Of a stretch of 64,000 nt of DNA, positions 1 to 9,843 are shown one piece after another (position 1 is the stretch's first letter; each line of letters begins with the position of its first letter). Source of the DNA: an uncultured Clostridia bacterium. GTDB taxonomy: Bacteria > Bacillota > Clostridia > Christensenellales > UBA1242. The notes beneath the pieces were generated by a model, which made no database searches, was not told where the DNA came from, and saw only the letters and a program-made list of their open reading frames with translations. The translations under genes and the position numbers were made by a program. The stretch spans positions 26,755 through 90,754 of the forward strand of contig CALVMV010000003.1 of assembly GCA_944349375.1 (NCBI GenBank), read 5' to 3'.

Positions 1-2
1 TT

Positions 3-194
3 AGTGATATTCAAATTCAAGCAAATCACATTCAATACATTAAAGATAGAATGAATAAAATGCTAAGTGAAAATACTGGTAAACCTTTGGAAATAGTTGA
101 AAAAGATACTGACAGAGATAATTATATGACCGCACAGGAAGCAAAAGATTATGGTCTTATTGACGAAATTTTTCAGTCTAGAAAGTTAAAATAA
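3..194 (+). CDS. clpP: ATP-dependent Clp protease proteolytic subunit, 3' part (runs off the window)
   Basis: Manual translation [10 protein letters not shown]...[37 protein letters not shown] is the ClpP C-terminus; directly upstream of clpX. Confidence 0.95.
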   Translation, partial: SDIQIQANHIQYIKDRMNKMLSENTGKPLEIVEKDTDRDNYMTAQEAKDYGLIDEIFQSRKLK

Positions 195-203
195 AGGAGA
201 GTC

Positions 204-1460
204 ATGGAACAAAATCAATACAAATGTTCGTTTTGTGGTAAAGGTCAAAAAGAAGCAAAAAAATTAATTGCAAGTCCAAATGGGGAAGCATACATTTGTG
301 ATGAATGTGTTGAGATTTGTAAGGATATAATGGCTGAATTAGGTAAAAAGTCTTCTTTTGAAAAAATTGAATTGCCTACACCTAGCCAAATTAAACAATC
401 TTTAGATCAATACATTGTCGGTCAAGATGAAGCAAAAAAAGTTTTATCAGTTGCTGTTTATAATCATTATAAGAGATTAAATTACAATTTTTCAAAAAGT
501 CTATCAGACAAAGATGATGTTGAACTTGAAAAAAGTAATATTTTGATGGTTGGCCCTACAGGAACAGGAAAAACCTTGCTTGCAAAAACTTTAGCAAAAA
601 TTTTGAAGGTGCCTTTTGCAGCAGCAGATGCTACTACTTTAACAGAAGCAGGTTATGTAGGAGATGATGTTGAAAATATTTTATTAAAACTCATTCAGAA
701 CGCTGATTATGATATTGAAAAAGCCCAAAGAGGTATTATTTATATTGATGAAATAGATAAAATAGCTAAAAAGACTCAAAATGTTTCTATAACCCGAGAT
801 GTGGCAGGTGAAGGAGTTCAACAAGCACTTTTGAAGATTATGGAAAGCACAGTTGCATCAGTACCTCCTCAAGGTGGGAGAAAGCATCCACATCAAGAGA
901 TGTTACAAATAGATACAACCAATATCTTATTTATATGTGGGGGTGCTTTTGTAGGAATAGATAAGATTGTGGAATCTCGAAAAAATGATTCAACTTTAGG
1001 TTTTAATGCTTTAATTAAAACAAATGAAGAAAAAGAGAAAATAAACTTTGTAAAGGAACTGCAACCTAATGACCTTATAAAATTTGGGTTAATTCCTGAA
1101 TTTATAGGAAGATTGCCTGTTGTTGTAGGTCTAGATGACTTAACACAAGAAGCACTTGTTAAGATTCTTACAGAACCTAAAAATTCAATTATTAAACAAT
1201 ATAAATTAATGTTTAAAATGGATGGCGTTGATATAGAATTTTCTGATGAAGCTATTAATGCTATAGCAAAAAAAGCTATGGACCTTAAAACAGGGGCAAG
1301 GGGATTAAGGACAATTATAGAAAGCAAAATGACTAAACTTATGTTTGAAGTCCCTAGTTATAAGGATATTAAAAAAATCATAGTAACAGATAAATTTATA
1401 GAATTTGATAACGAACAGCCAGAAATAATTAAATTTGATAATAAACAAGAAGTAGGTTAA
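204..1460 (+). CDS. clpX: ATP-dependent Clp protease ATP-binding subunit ClpX
   Basis: N-terminal C4 zinc finger (CSFCGK...ICDEC), Walker [29 protein letters not shown]; SD AAGGAG. Confidence 0.98.
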   Translation: MEQNQYKCSFCGKGQKEAKKLIASPNGEAYICDECVEICKDIMAELGKKSSFEKIELPTPSQIKQSLDQYIVGQDEAKKVLSVAVYNHYKRLNYNFSKSLSDKDDVELEKSNILMVGPTGTGKTLLAKTLAKILKVPFAAADATTLTEAGYVGDDVENILLKLIQNADYDIEKAQRGIIYIDEIDKIAKKTQNVSITRDVAGEGVQQALLKIMESTVASVPPQGGRKHPHQEMLQIDTTNILFICGGAFVGIDKIVESRKNDSTLGFNALIKTNEEKEKINFVKELQPNDLIKFGLIPEFIGRLPVVVGLDDLTQEALVKILTEPKNSIIKQYKLMFKMDGVDIEFSDEAINAIAKKAMDLKTGARGLRTIIESKMTKLMFEVPSYKDIKKIIVTDKFIEFDNEQPEIIKFDNKQEVG

Positions 1461-1478
1461 AATTAGCCTGCTTTTTTT
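1450..1478 (+). terminator. Intrinsic terminator after clpX
   Basis: aagtaggtta-aaat-tagcctgctt hairpin followed by a T-tract. Confidence 0.65.
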
Positions 1479-1527
1479 AACAACTTTTAACATTTGTGCA
1501 TATATAAAAGTGTTTTAAGGAGGTTGT

Positions 1528-1815
1528 ATGCGAAGATTTTTCAATATTTTAGACAATCAAAACAAGCCAAATAAATTTATTACAATCCAAAATACAAGAG
1601 AGGATATAATAGGAGAATTAGAAGCAATAATTCAATATGAAAACCATATAGAACAAACAATGGATCCAATAGCACAGGCGACTCTGAAGGACATAGCTAA
1701 TGAAGAGAAGTTGCATGTTGGCCAGTTATTTGGACTTTTGTTTTCTTTAGATCCTGAAAGTAAAGAGGAATTTGAAAAAGGATTAAAAGAGTTTGATTCG
1801 ATAAATAAAAAATAA
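1528..1815 (+). CDS. Small ferritin-like (rubrerythrin/EncFtn-like half-bundle) protein
   Basis: GELEAIIQYE...IANEEKLH di-iron ExxH pattern ending in LDP; strong SD AAGGAGG. Confidence 0.7.
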   Translation: MRRFFNILDNQNKPNKFITIQNTREDIIGELEAIIQYENHIEQTMDPIAQATLKDIANEEKLHVGQLFGLLFSLDPESKEEFEKGLKEFDSINKK

Positions 1816-1904
1816 GATTGACACAATATAAAATATGAGTTTTGATAAACTGAATAAATAATTAAAAAGTGTTATAAATCAACATTTAGAAATTCAAAAA
1901 GAAA

Positions 1905-1940
1905 AAAAAGGAACTTTGAAAAAAAGTAAAGTTCCTTTTT
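1905..1940. terminator. Bidirectional intrinsic terminator
   Basis: aaaaaggaacttt...aaagttccttttt inverted repeat between convergent genes. Confidence 0.75.
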
Positions 1941-1967
1941 GTATTAATAGTTTAAATTTATTTCTTT

Positions 1968-2729
1968 TTATGGTTCTTCCCAACATGAAGAGTCACAATA
2001 AATTTCATTTTTGCATTTTTCATATTCTTGTAATATTAATTTTTCTATATAAGAATTAATATCTTTTGCTTTGTAATATTCCTCTTCGCTCAATATTTTA
2101 TATCTATCTACTAATACTTTTTTTATTATCTTGGATAACTCCAAATAGTGAAGTTGTTTTTCTCTTTCCGATAAGAATGGTAAGGCTTTTTTATTAATTT
2201 GACAAGAAAAATTATCGTGTGTTACATCAATGTCTGTGTTAAATAATGAGTAAGTATTGCTTATGTGTCTTTTTTCAAAAGCAATAAAATCAAGTATTGA
2301 GCACATTTTACCTTCTCTCCAAGGAATAAAATCATGGTGTCTATCAAGTGCAAGGTTGATTGTTCGACCTAATTCATCCTTAATTTGTAAAGGAATAATG
2401 AAACCCATATTATTTCGTCGTGAAGTTATGCTAGAATCGTAATAATAGCCTAAGATGTCTTCTGGGGTGATGGAGATGGTGTTTCCTGTAATATTTGTTG
2501 TGGAAGCCATGCCTAAACTATTTATATTTAATCCATATTTTAAAGTAAGTCTTTTTATATTTGCTGTAGAATTGTATCTAGGCCAAATTAAATGCTGATA
2601 GATTGCATAACTTTCTTGTTTTGAATTAATTTTATTTAGCATATTTTCTAACAGAATGGTTATTTCTTGTAAATTTATATTATTTTTTATTAATAAATCA
2701 TTTTCATTAAAGTTTTCGTTATGCCACAT
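1968..2729 (-). CDS. Hypothetical protein (ORFan; weak ADP-ribosyltransferase-like pattern)
   Basis: 253 aa ORF with SD AAGGAG and its own terminator; family not recognised. Confidence 0.75.
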   Translation of the reverse strand: MWHNENFNENDLLIKNNINLQEITILLENMLNKINSKQESYAIYQHLIWPRYNSTANIKRLTLKYGLNINSLGMASTTNITGNTISITPEDILGYYYDSSITSRRNNMGFIIPLQIKDELGRTINLALDRHHDFIPWREGKMCSILDFIAFEKRHISNTYSLFNTDIDVTHDNFSCQINKKALPFLSEREKQLHYLELSKIIKKVLVDRYKILSEEEYYKAKDINSYIEKLILQEYEKCKNEIYCDSSCWEEP

Positions 2730-2946
2730 TTTCTGCTCCTTCTAGTTCACAATTATATCATAGTAATATTTCTGTGTAAATATTTTTATAAAAATTTTTT
2801 AATTAATTATATTTTTGAAGAGAGAAACAAGACACTTTAGCAATAAAAATAAAACAAGAAAAGAATTTTTTAATGAAAAAAATTATCTTTTATGTTAATT
2901 TTAATATGATCGACTAATTATTTTTCTATAAATTGAATAAAATCTC

Positions 2947-2975
2947 TTGACAATAAGATATCAAATCTTTATAAT
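2947..2975 (+). promoter_or_regulatory. Consensus sigma-A promoter of tRNA-Leu(AAG)
   Basis: TTGACA-17 nt-TATAAT about 25 nt upstream of the tRNA. Confidence 0.85.
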
Positions 2976-2999
2976 TTATAAAGTAATATTAAAGTATGT

Positions 3000-3081
3000 G
3001 CGAGCGTGGCGGAATGGCAGACGCGCTTGTTTAAGGGGCAAGTTCGAAAGAGTGTGGGTTCGACTCCCACCGCTCGCACCA
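3000..3081 (+). tRNA. tRNA-Leu (anticodon AAG)
   Basis: Acceptor GCGAGCG/CGCTCGC, Leu-type D arm GCGGAATGGCAGACGC, anticodon arm CTTGT-TTAAGGG-GCAAG, variable arm, T arm GTGGG-TTCGACT-CCCAC, A73 plus encoded CCA. Confidence 0.93.
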
Positions 3082-3156
3082 TAAAATTATAAAATATATA
3101 TTGAAAAACTTTAAATGTCTTTCAATCTATATTTTTATAGTTATACAAGGGGGGGA

Positions 3157-3651
3157 ATGATTGATTTTTATGAATGGTTAAAAGAGAATAAAGAAATTCC
3201 TTACGAAGATAAAATAATTAAAAAAATGAAAAGTGTGGTTTTAATCGGCTCATCAGAATGTCCAATACGTTATGAATATCAACCAATTACATTATCTAAA
3301 CCAGAAGTAAAAATGATATATAAAATGTGGCAATATGTTTTACTATTCCCAGAAGTAACAGATCAAATGTTTTCTGAAATGTTGCAAGACGAACATTTAA
3401 AAAGATTTAGAACTCTTTTAAAAGAATATTCTCCTTGTGATGGTGGAATAGCTAGCGATTTGCGTTTTCATGGATATTTTCCAGTTGCTTATTATATAGT
3501 TTACAGAAGAAATATTGATTCTAACTTTAGTAAAGCAATGGAAAGACCTTTGCCTAAGATGAAGGAATCTTTTATTGAAAAATTAAAACAAAAAATGAGT
3601 ATTTATAAAAAGCAAAATAAAGCAAATAATCCTTCTGTAGAAAAAAAATAA
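3157..3651 (+). CDS. Hypothetical protein (ORFan)
   Basis: ORF track 3115..3651; the in-frame ATG at 3157 follows a G-run SD; family not recognised. Confidence 0.7.
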   Translation: MIDFYEWLKENKEIPYEDKIIKKMKSVVLIGSSECPIRYEYQPITLSKPEVKMIYKMWQYVLLFPEVTDQMFSEMLQDEHLKRFRTLLKEYSPCDGGIASDLRFHGYFPVAYYIVYRRNIDSNFSKAMERPLPKMKESFIEKLKQKMSIYKKQNKANNPSVEKK

Positions 3652-3816
3652 TATTAAATATCTTGATCATGAAGATGATGAATCATCTAAATAAAAACTA
3701 AAATTTCAAAAATAGATTTTAAAAGATAGTAATTTAGCTTGTGTTATAAAGTAATTAACAAACTAATACTATCTTTTTTATTTGCAAAAAAAATCAAACG
3801 CTTTGGTTTGAATTTA

Positions 3817-4218
3817 TTATAAAGAAAAACTATATTTATTTTGATTTAACATTGCTCTATACTCTAAGTTCAATCGTTCTGCCAAGGAACATACAACTTG
3901 TTTTACGGAAATATCTTCAATATTTTGGCACCCAAATAAACTTTCTAGATCACTTTGGGATGAAGTTTTTTTGCAACTGTCACATAAACTTTTTAATCTT
4001 CGCTCAATTTGACTAACAGAAACATTGTAATTTTTTGCTACAGCAGGATATAAAGTTTTATTCATATTTAATTTTTTAGTAGAATCTAAAGATATCTGCA
4101 AAACTACATCTTTCAAAATTAAATAACCTTTTGCATTTGGCATAATTCTTATTTTTAAAAGCATAGCACTAAGTTTTTCTTCAAAAAACAAAATTTTCTT
4201 TTGCAACACATTGTCCAT
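3817..4218 (-). CDS. Stand-alone Spo0A C-terminal (DNA-binding) domain protein
   Basis: IMPNAKGYLILKD...MNKTLYPAVAKNYNVSVSQIERRL resembles Spo0A_C (GVPAHIKGYxYLRE...ITKxLYPxIAKKxxTTxSRVERAI); no receiver domain; SD GGAGG. Confidence 0.8.
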   Translation of the reverse strand: MDNVLQKKILFFEEKLSAMLLKIRIMPNAKGYLILKDVVLQISLDSTKKLNMNKTLYPAVAKNYNVSVSQIERRLKSLCDSCKKTSSQSDLESLFGCQNIEDISVKQVVCSLAERLNLEYRAMLNQNKYSFSL

Positions 4219-4401
4219 TTTATGACCTCCCGAAGAAAATTATAAAACAAAGATAATTAATTTCAAAATGATTTTTACAATTTTTTACAAAAATTTAAAA
4301 ATATATATAAAAATTTTTAATTTATTTAATAAATTTTTTTAATATGCAAAATTATTTGTCAATTTTATTTTTTTATAGTATCATAAAAAAAAGGAGTTTA
4401 T

Positions 4402-5235
4402 ATGAAATTTAAAATAGTAGCAGATGCATCTTGTGATGTTCCTGAAGAGTTTTTAGAAAAATATGATATTTCGATAATACCTATAGAAGTTGCTTTTGGA
4501 GAAGAGATTTATCCTGAGGGGTTAAGCAAAAAAGATTTTTATGATAAAATTGAAAATACAACATTAATTCCAAAAACAGCTATGCCAAATGCATATAAGT
4601 TTGAACAATTTTACAAAGACTACGCCAATAAGGAAGATGTTTTTGTTCTAACAATTGTTATTTCAATGGAAATGAGCCAAACCAAAATTCAAGCTCAAAT
4701 GGCGGCAGATTCTTTAGGAATGAAAAATGTTTTTATTGAAGAAAGTGGTTGCACTACAGTCGCTCAAGGGGCTATAATTTGTGAACTTTGCAAATATATG
4801 GAAAAAGAACAAGATGTTAACAAAATTATAAAAGAATTTTATCGATTGAAAGATAAATGCAAACTTTATGCCGTAATTAACGATTTGAAGTATCTAAAAA
4901 ACAGTGGCAGACTTTCTTCCTCATCGGCTTTCATTGGAACAATGCTAAATGTTAAACCAGTGGTAAGTATTGTTGATGGTAAAGTTGTAAATATTAAAAA
5001 ATGTATGGGAGCTAACCAAGCGGACAGTTTTATGTTTAGTCAAATTAAAGAAATAGATGATAATCATAATTTTTATTACATACATTCAGACAATTTGCCA
5101 GCAGTAGAAAAATTACATGAAAAATATAAAAGTAAATTACCAGCAAATCAAACAATAACTAATTGTGAAATAGGATGTGTAGTAGGTTCTCATGTGGGGC
5201 CAAGATGTTACGGATTTGTATATTTTGAAAAGTAA
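4402..5235 (+). CDS. DegV family fatty-acid-binding protein (FakB-like)
   Basis: IVADASCD start, PKTAMP, LKYLKNSGRLS, LNVKPV, VGSHVGP motifs. Confidence 0.93.
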   Translation: MKFKIVADASCDVPEEFLEKYDISIIPIEVAFGEEIYPEGLSKKDFYDKIENTTLIPKTAMPNAYKFEQFYKDYANKEDVFVLTIVISMEMSQTKIQAQMAADSLGMKNVFIEESGCTTVAQGAIICELCKYMEKEQDVNKIIKEFYRLKDKCKLYAVINDLKYLKNSGRLSSSSAFIGTMLNVKPVVSIVDGKVVNIKKCMGANQADSFMFSQIKEIDDNHNFYYIHSDNLPAVEKLHEKYKSKLPANQTITNCEIGCVVGSHVGPRCYGFVYFEK

Positions 5236-5432
5236 GCATTAGCTTACTTTTTTTGTTGCAAACTTAATAAAAATTGAATATATAATATAAATGCAAATAG
5301 AGATTAAAATAATTAAATTTAAAAGAAATAATAATTTATTTTATATTTATAGAAAAAATAGTTGATTTTTTTATAAAAATTTGATATATTATAAACGCAA
5401 ACCCAAAAGCAAAACATGCTTGGCAAAAGTTT

Positions 5433-5507
5433 GCGGGAGTGGCTCAGTGGTAGAGCGTTGCCTTGCCAAGGCAAATGTCGCGGGTTCGAATCCCGTCTTC
5501 CGCTCCA
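5433..5507 (+). tRNA. tRNA-Gly (GCC)
   Basis: Cloverleaf; anticodon arm TTGCC-TTGCCAA-GGCAA; TTCGAAT loop; T73-CCA. Confidence 0.96.
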
Positions 5508-5510
5508 TAT

Positions 5511-5585
5511 GGTACCATCGCCAAGCGGTAAGGCAAAGGTCTGCAAAACCTTTATTCCCCGGTTCAAATCCGGGTGGTACCTCCA
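5511..5585 (+). tRNA. tRNA-Cys (GCA)
   Basis: Acceptor GGTACCA/TGGTACC; anticodon arm AAGGT-CTGCAAA-ACCTT; T73-CCA. Confidence 0.96.
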
Positions 5586-5672
5586 AAGGCAATCTACTTT
5601 TGAGAGGTCGCAGTTTTTAAAAAGCGACCTTTTAAAGGTATAAAAAGAAAAAATCACACAAACAAAAAATAT

Positions 5673-5758
5673 GCTGGTGTGGCGGAATGGCAGACGCACA
5701 GGACTTAAAATCCTGAGGTGGCAACACCGTGTGGGTTCGACTCCCACCACCAGCACCA
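5673..5758 (+). tRNA. tRNA-Leu (TAA)
   Basis: Anticodon arm CAGGA-CTTAAAA-TCCTG, long variable arm, A73-CCA. Confidence 0.96.
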
Positions 5759-5760
5759 TT

Positions 5761-5788
5761 AAGGTTTGCCGATGGCAAACTTTTTTTA
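5761..5788 (+). terminator. Terminator of the tRNA Gly-Cys-Leu operon
   Basis: aaggtttgcc-gat-ggcaaactt hairpin plus T-tract. Confidence 0.8.
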
Positions 5789-5805
5789 TAAATAGGGGAG
5801 GAATT

Positions 5806-6483
5806 ATGAAAAAATATTATGAAGCATACGAAGAAAGATATAAAAAGATACACGCAGAAACCGGTCTAGCATGGGCAGGAGAAAAACCTAGTCCTACAAT
5901 TTTAAAACTATTAAAAAAGTATAATGCTTCTGAAGATTCAACCATTTTGGATCTTGGGTGTGGTGAAGGGCAAAATGCTTTATATGTCATGAAACATAAA
6001 TATAATGTTGAAGGTTGTGATATTTCTAAAGAAGCTATTGAATGGTGCAAAAACAAGGCCAGAGAGAAAAAATTAAATGAAAACAATTTTTTCGTAATGG
6101 ATATTTTAAAAAACAATTTTAAGAAAAAATATGATTTTATTTATTCTGTTGCAGTTTTGCATATGTTGGTAGAAGAAAAAGATAGATTAAAATTTTTAGT
6201 TTTCATTAGAAAACATTTAAAAGAAAATGGCAAGGCTTTTATAATAGTTATGGGAGATGGAAAAGAAGAAAGACGATCGGATACGACTAAAGCTTTTGAT
6301 TTGGCAGACAGGCCATTTGGTGATTCTATCGTTAAAGTTGCAACTACTTCTTGCAGAATGGTAAATTGGGAAAAATTGCTGGAAGAAATGGACAATGCTA
6401 ATTTAAAAGTATTAAATTATTACAATGACAAGACTATTTCAGGATTTGTAAATTCTATGGTAGTTGAAGTAGAAAATTATTAA
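5806..6483 (+). CDS. Class I SAM-dependent methyltransferase
   Basis: Motif I ILDLGCGEG, GCDIS, YDFIYS, LKENG; true start at 5806 after SD GGGAGG (the track's 5671 start runs through the tRNA). Confidence 0.9.
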   Translation: MKKYYEAYEERYKKIHAETGLAWAGEKPSPTILKLLKKYNASEDSTILDLGCGEGQNALYVMKHKYNVEGCDISKEAIEWCKNKAREKKLNENNFFVMDILKNNFKKKYDFIYSVAVLHMLVEEKDRLKFLVFIRKHLKENGKAFIIVMGDGKEERRSDTTKAFDLADRPFGDSIVKVATTSCRMVNWEKLLEEMDNANLKVLNYYNDKTISGFVNSMVVEVENY

Positions 6484-6521
6484 ACTGTTTTAAAGAAAGA
6501 TTTATTTTAAATTGTTTTTTC

Positions 6522-6550
6522 TTTACTTGAAAATTGAATTATGCTATAAT
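6522..6550 (+). promoter_or_regulatory. Sigma-A promoter of aspS-asnS
   Basis: TTTACT-17-TATAAT with extended -10 TG. Confidence 0.6.
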
Positions 6551-6566
6551 TCCTAATGGAGAACTT

Positions 6567-8306
6567 ATGAAAAAGAATTATTATCATACTCATTCATGTG
6601 GTGAATTGAGATTAAAAAATGTAAATGAAAATGTAGTTATTTCAGGTTGGCTTGCTTCTATTAGAAAATTAGGTGGAATAGTTTTTTGTACGGTTAGAGA
6701 TAATTACGGAATAACTCAAATCGTTGTTCATGATGAATCTTTATTAAACGGAATATGTAAAGAAACAGTTGTAAGGGTTGAAGGAAAAGTTGTTGAGCGT
6801 TCATCTAAAAACCCAAATATGGAAACTGGAGATATTGAAATTGAAGTTTCAAAAATAGATGTGCTAGGTAAGTGCAATCCTGTTTTGCCTTTTGAAATAA
6901 ATGATGTGCCAAATACAAAAGAAGAGCTAAGATTTAAATATAGATATTTAGATTTAAGGAATCCAAAAACTCACGATGTTTTGAAAAAAAGAAGTGAAAT
7001 TTTGAATTATGTGAGAAATAAAATGCACGACAATCAATTTGTAGAAGTGCAGACTCCTATATTAGCTTCAAGTTCGCCAGAAGGAGCTAGAGATTTTATT
7101 GTTCCTACCTTTTTTAACAAAGGGGAATTTTATGCGTTGCCACAAGCACCTCAACAATTTAAACAGCTTTTAATGGTCAGTGGTTATGAAAAATACTTTC
7201 AAATAGCTCCTTGTTTTAGAAATGAGGCGGCAAGGGCTGATAGAACGCCTGGAGAGTTTTATCAAATTGATTTTGAAATGAGTTTTGCAACACAAGAGGA
7301 TATTTTTGAGGTTTGTGAAGATTTGGTTTGTGGGATTTATGAAAACTTTACAAATTACAAAATAACAAAAGCTCCTTTTGTTAGAATTCCATATAAAGAA
7401 GCAATTGATAAATATTGTTCAGATAAACCAGACTTGCGTAATCCAATTATAATCCATGATGTTACAAAAGTTTTTGAAAACTGTGAGTTTAATGCTTTTA
7501 AAAATAAAACTGTAAAAGCTATGGCTGTAAACTGTAAAGATAAACCTAGAAAATTTTACGATGAATTATCTACTTACATTGTTTCATATGAAGGGAAAGG
7601 GGTCGCTTGGCTCAAGTATGTAGATGGACAATTTACTGGTTCCATTGCAAAATTTTTAACTGAAAAAGAAAAACAAGATATTATAGACTTAGTTAAGGTT
7701 AAGGATGGAGATTCTGTTTTCTTTATAGCAGATGATAAGAATAAAGCTATTAAACTATCCAATTTCTTAAGAATAAAACTTGGAGAAGATTTAGGGCTTA
7801 TTGATGAAAATCAAGTAATTTTTTGTTGGATTGTTGATTTTCCTTTTTACGAAATTAACGAAGAAACTGGAAAATTAGACTTCTCGCATAATCCTTTCTC
7901 TATGCCACAAGGAGGATTAAAGAGCCTATTGACAAAAAATCCTTTAGATATTGTAGCTTATCAATATGATTTGGTATGTAATGGTTATGAAATGCTTAGT
8001 GGAGGAGTTAGAAACCACGACCAGGAAACAATGGTAAAGGCTTTTGAATTAGTTGGTTATGATAAATCTGTAGTGGAATCTAAATTCTCTGCATTGTTTA
8101 ATGCGTTTGCATATGGGGCACCTCCTCATGCTGGTGGGGCAATAGGTTTCGATAGAATGCTAATGCAAATTTTAGGATATGATTTAGTAAGGGAAGTTAT
8201 TGCTTTCCCATTAAATAAAAATGGTAGAGATTTGTTAATGAATACGCCAAGTGCAATTAGTGAAGAAACATTAAAAGAACTTGGATTGAAAGTTATAAAA
8301 GATTAA
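6567..8306 (+). CDS. aspS: Aspartate-tRNA ligase
   Basis: THSCGELR, RYLDLR, PEGARDF, LPQAPQQFKQLLM, FRNE, GAPPHAGGAIGFDR; RKLGG rather than RDHGG suggests the discriminating type, consistent with adjacent asnS. Confidence 0.97.
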   Translation: MKKNYYHTHSCGELRLKNVNENVVISGWLASIRKLGGIVFCTVRDNYGITQIVVHDESLLNGICKETVVRVEGKVVERSSKNPNMETGDIEIEVSKIDVLGKCNPVLPFEINDVPNTKEELRFKYRYLDLRNPKTHDVLKKRSEILNYVRNKMHDNQFVEVQTPILASSSPEGARDFIVPTFFNKGEFYALPQAPQQFKQLLMVSGYEKYFQIAPCFRNEAARADRTPGEFYQIDFEMSFATQEDIFEVCEDLVCGIYENFTNYKITKAPFVRIPYKEAIDKYCSDKPDLRNPIIIHDVTKVFENCEFNAFKNKTVKAMAVNCKDKPRKFYDELSTYIVSYEGKGVAWLKYVDGQFTGSIAKFLTEKEKQDIIDLVKVKDGDSVFFIADDKNKAIKLSNFLRIKLGEDLGLIDENQVIFCWIVDFPFYEINEETGKLDFSHNPFSMPQGGLKSLLTKNPLDIVAYQYDLVCNGYEMLSGGVRNHDQETMVKAFELVGYDKSVVESKFSALFNAFAYGAPPHAGGAIGFDRMLMQILGYDLVREVIAFPLNKNGRDLLMNTPSAISEETLKELGLKVIKD

Positions 8307-8325
8307 TTATAGAAGGTGTTTAATA

Positions 8326-9705
8326 ATGAAAAAAGTTGATATAAAATTATTGCATGAAAAAAAACAAGAATTTGCAGAAAAAGAAATAGTAGTTGCAGGC
8401 TGGGTTCGTAGTTGCCGTGGCAATGGAAATTTTGGGTTTATTGATTTAAATGATGGAACATCATTTAAAGGACTTCAGGTAGTATTTACAAGAGATAATA
8501 TTTCAAATTTTGATTCGGTGGAAAAGCTCAATACTGGTTCTGCTGTCACTTGTAAAGGAAAGATTATTTTAACACCAGAGAATAAGCAACCATTTGAAAT
8601 GCAGGCGCAAGAAATAGAAATAATAAATGCGACAGACAACGAATATCCTTTGCAAAAGAAAGGCCATAGTATGGAGTTTTTGCGAGAAATGGCATATTTA
8701 AGACCAAGGACTAATCTTTTTAATGCAGTTTTCAGAGTTAGAAGTGAATCAGCTTTTGCATTGCATAAATTTTTTAACGAACAAGGATTCGTTTATTTGC
8801 ATGCACCTATCCTTACTTCATCAGATTGTGAAGGGGCAGGAGAGTTGTTTAGAGTAAGCACACAAGATATATATTCAGGAAAAAAAATAGAACCAAAAGA
8901 TGAGCTTTTTGGCAAGGCAGTATTCCTTTCTCCATCATGTCAACTAGAAGGTGAAGCTTTTGCTTTATCAATGGGGAAAATATATACATTTGGACCTTCT
9001 TTTAGGGCAGAAAATAGCAATACTGTTAAACATGCTAACGAGTTTTGGCATATTGAACCAGAAATGGCTTTTTATGAACTTTTTGATGACATGGATACTA
9101 TGGAGAGTATGATTAAGTATGTGATAAATTATTTGTTTGAAAAATGTTCTAACGAGTTGCAATTCTTTGATAACTTTATTGAAAAAGGATTAATAGCTAA
9201 GTTAAAAAATGTAACTGAAAATGAATTTGCTAGAATTACTTACGATGAAGCAATTGAACAATTAAAGAAAAATAATGATAAATTTGAATTTAAAGCGTAT
9301 TGGGGATGTGATTTACAAACAGAACATGAAAAATATTTGACCAAAGAAGTTTATGGCAAGCCCGTTTTTGTTTACAATTATCCTAAAGAAATTAAAGCTT
9401 TTTATATGAAAGTTAACGAAGATAATAAAACAGTAAAAGCAACCGATTTATTAGTGCCTGGAATTGGAGAATTATGTGGTGCTAGCGAGAGAGAAGAAAG
9501 ATACGATGTTCTATTAAACAGAATACATGAATTAGGTTTAAATGAAAAAGACTATTGGTGGTATTTAAATCTAAGAAAATTCGGTGGCGTAAAACATAGT
9601 GGTTTTGGTATGGGATTTGATAGATTTATAATGTATGTAACAGGTATGCAAAATATAAGAGATGTTTTACCTTTCCCAAGAACGCCAAGAAATTGCGAAT
9701 TTTAA
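8326..9705 (+). CDS. asnS: Asparagine-tRNA ligase
   Basis: GWVR, LRPRTN, DCEGAGELF, FRAENSN, WGCDLQTEHE, HSGFGMGFDR, PFPRTP. Confidence 0.97.
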   Translation: MKKVDIKLLHEKKQEFAEKEIVVAGWVRSCRGNGNFGFIDLNDGTSFKGLQVVFTRDNISNFDSVEKLNTGSAVTCKGKIILTPENKQPFEMQAQEIEIINATDNEYPLQKKGHSMEFLREMAYLRPRTNLFNAVFRVRSESAFALHKFFNEQGFVYLHAPILTSSDCEGAGELFRVSTQDIYSGKKIEPKDELFGKAVFLSPSCQLEGEAFALSMGKIYTFGPSFRAENSNTVKHANEFWHIEPEMAFYELFDDMDTMESMIKYVINYLFEKCSNELQFFDNFIEKGLIAKLKNVTENEFARITYDEAIEQLKKNNDKFEFKAYWGCDLQTEHEKYLTKEVYGKPVFVYNYPKEIKAFYMKVNEDNKTVKATDLLVPGIGELCGASEREERYDVLLNRIHELGLNEKDYWWYLNLRKFGGVKHSGFGMGFDRFIMYVTGMQNIRDVLPFPRTPRNCEF

Positions 9706-9843
9706 TAAATAAGTAAACAACAAAAACTTTGTATCTAAATTTTAATTTATGATTATGATTGCATATTTTAATCATAATTTTAAAATTAATATTTGTTGGT
9801 CGTGTGTAAGACAAAAAACAAGTTAGATTGATAACTTGTTTCT

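Noticed and set aside
5319-5853. Several track ORFs overlapping the Gly-Cys-Leu tRNA cluster, including the 5671 extension of the methyltransferase
   Set aside because: They are shadows of GC-rich tRNA genes; the methyltransferase has a proper SD and ATG at 5806.
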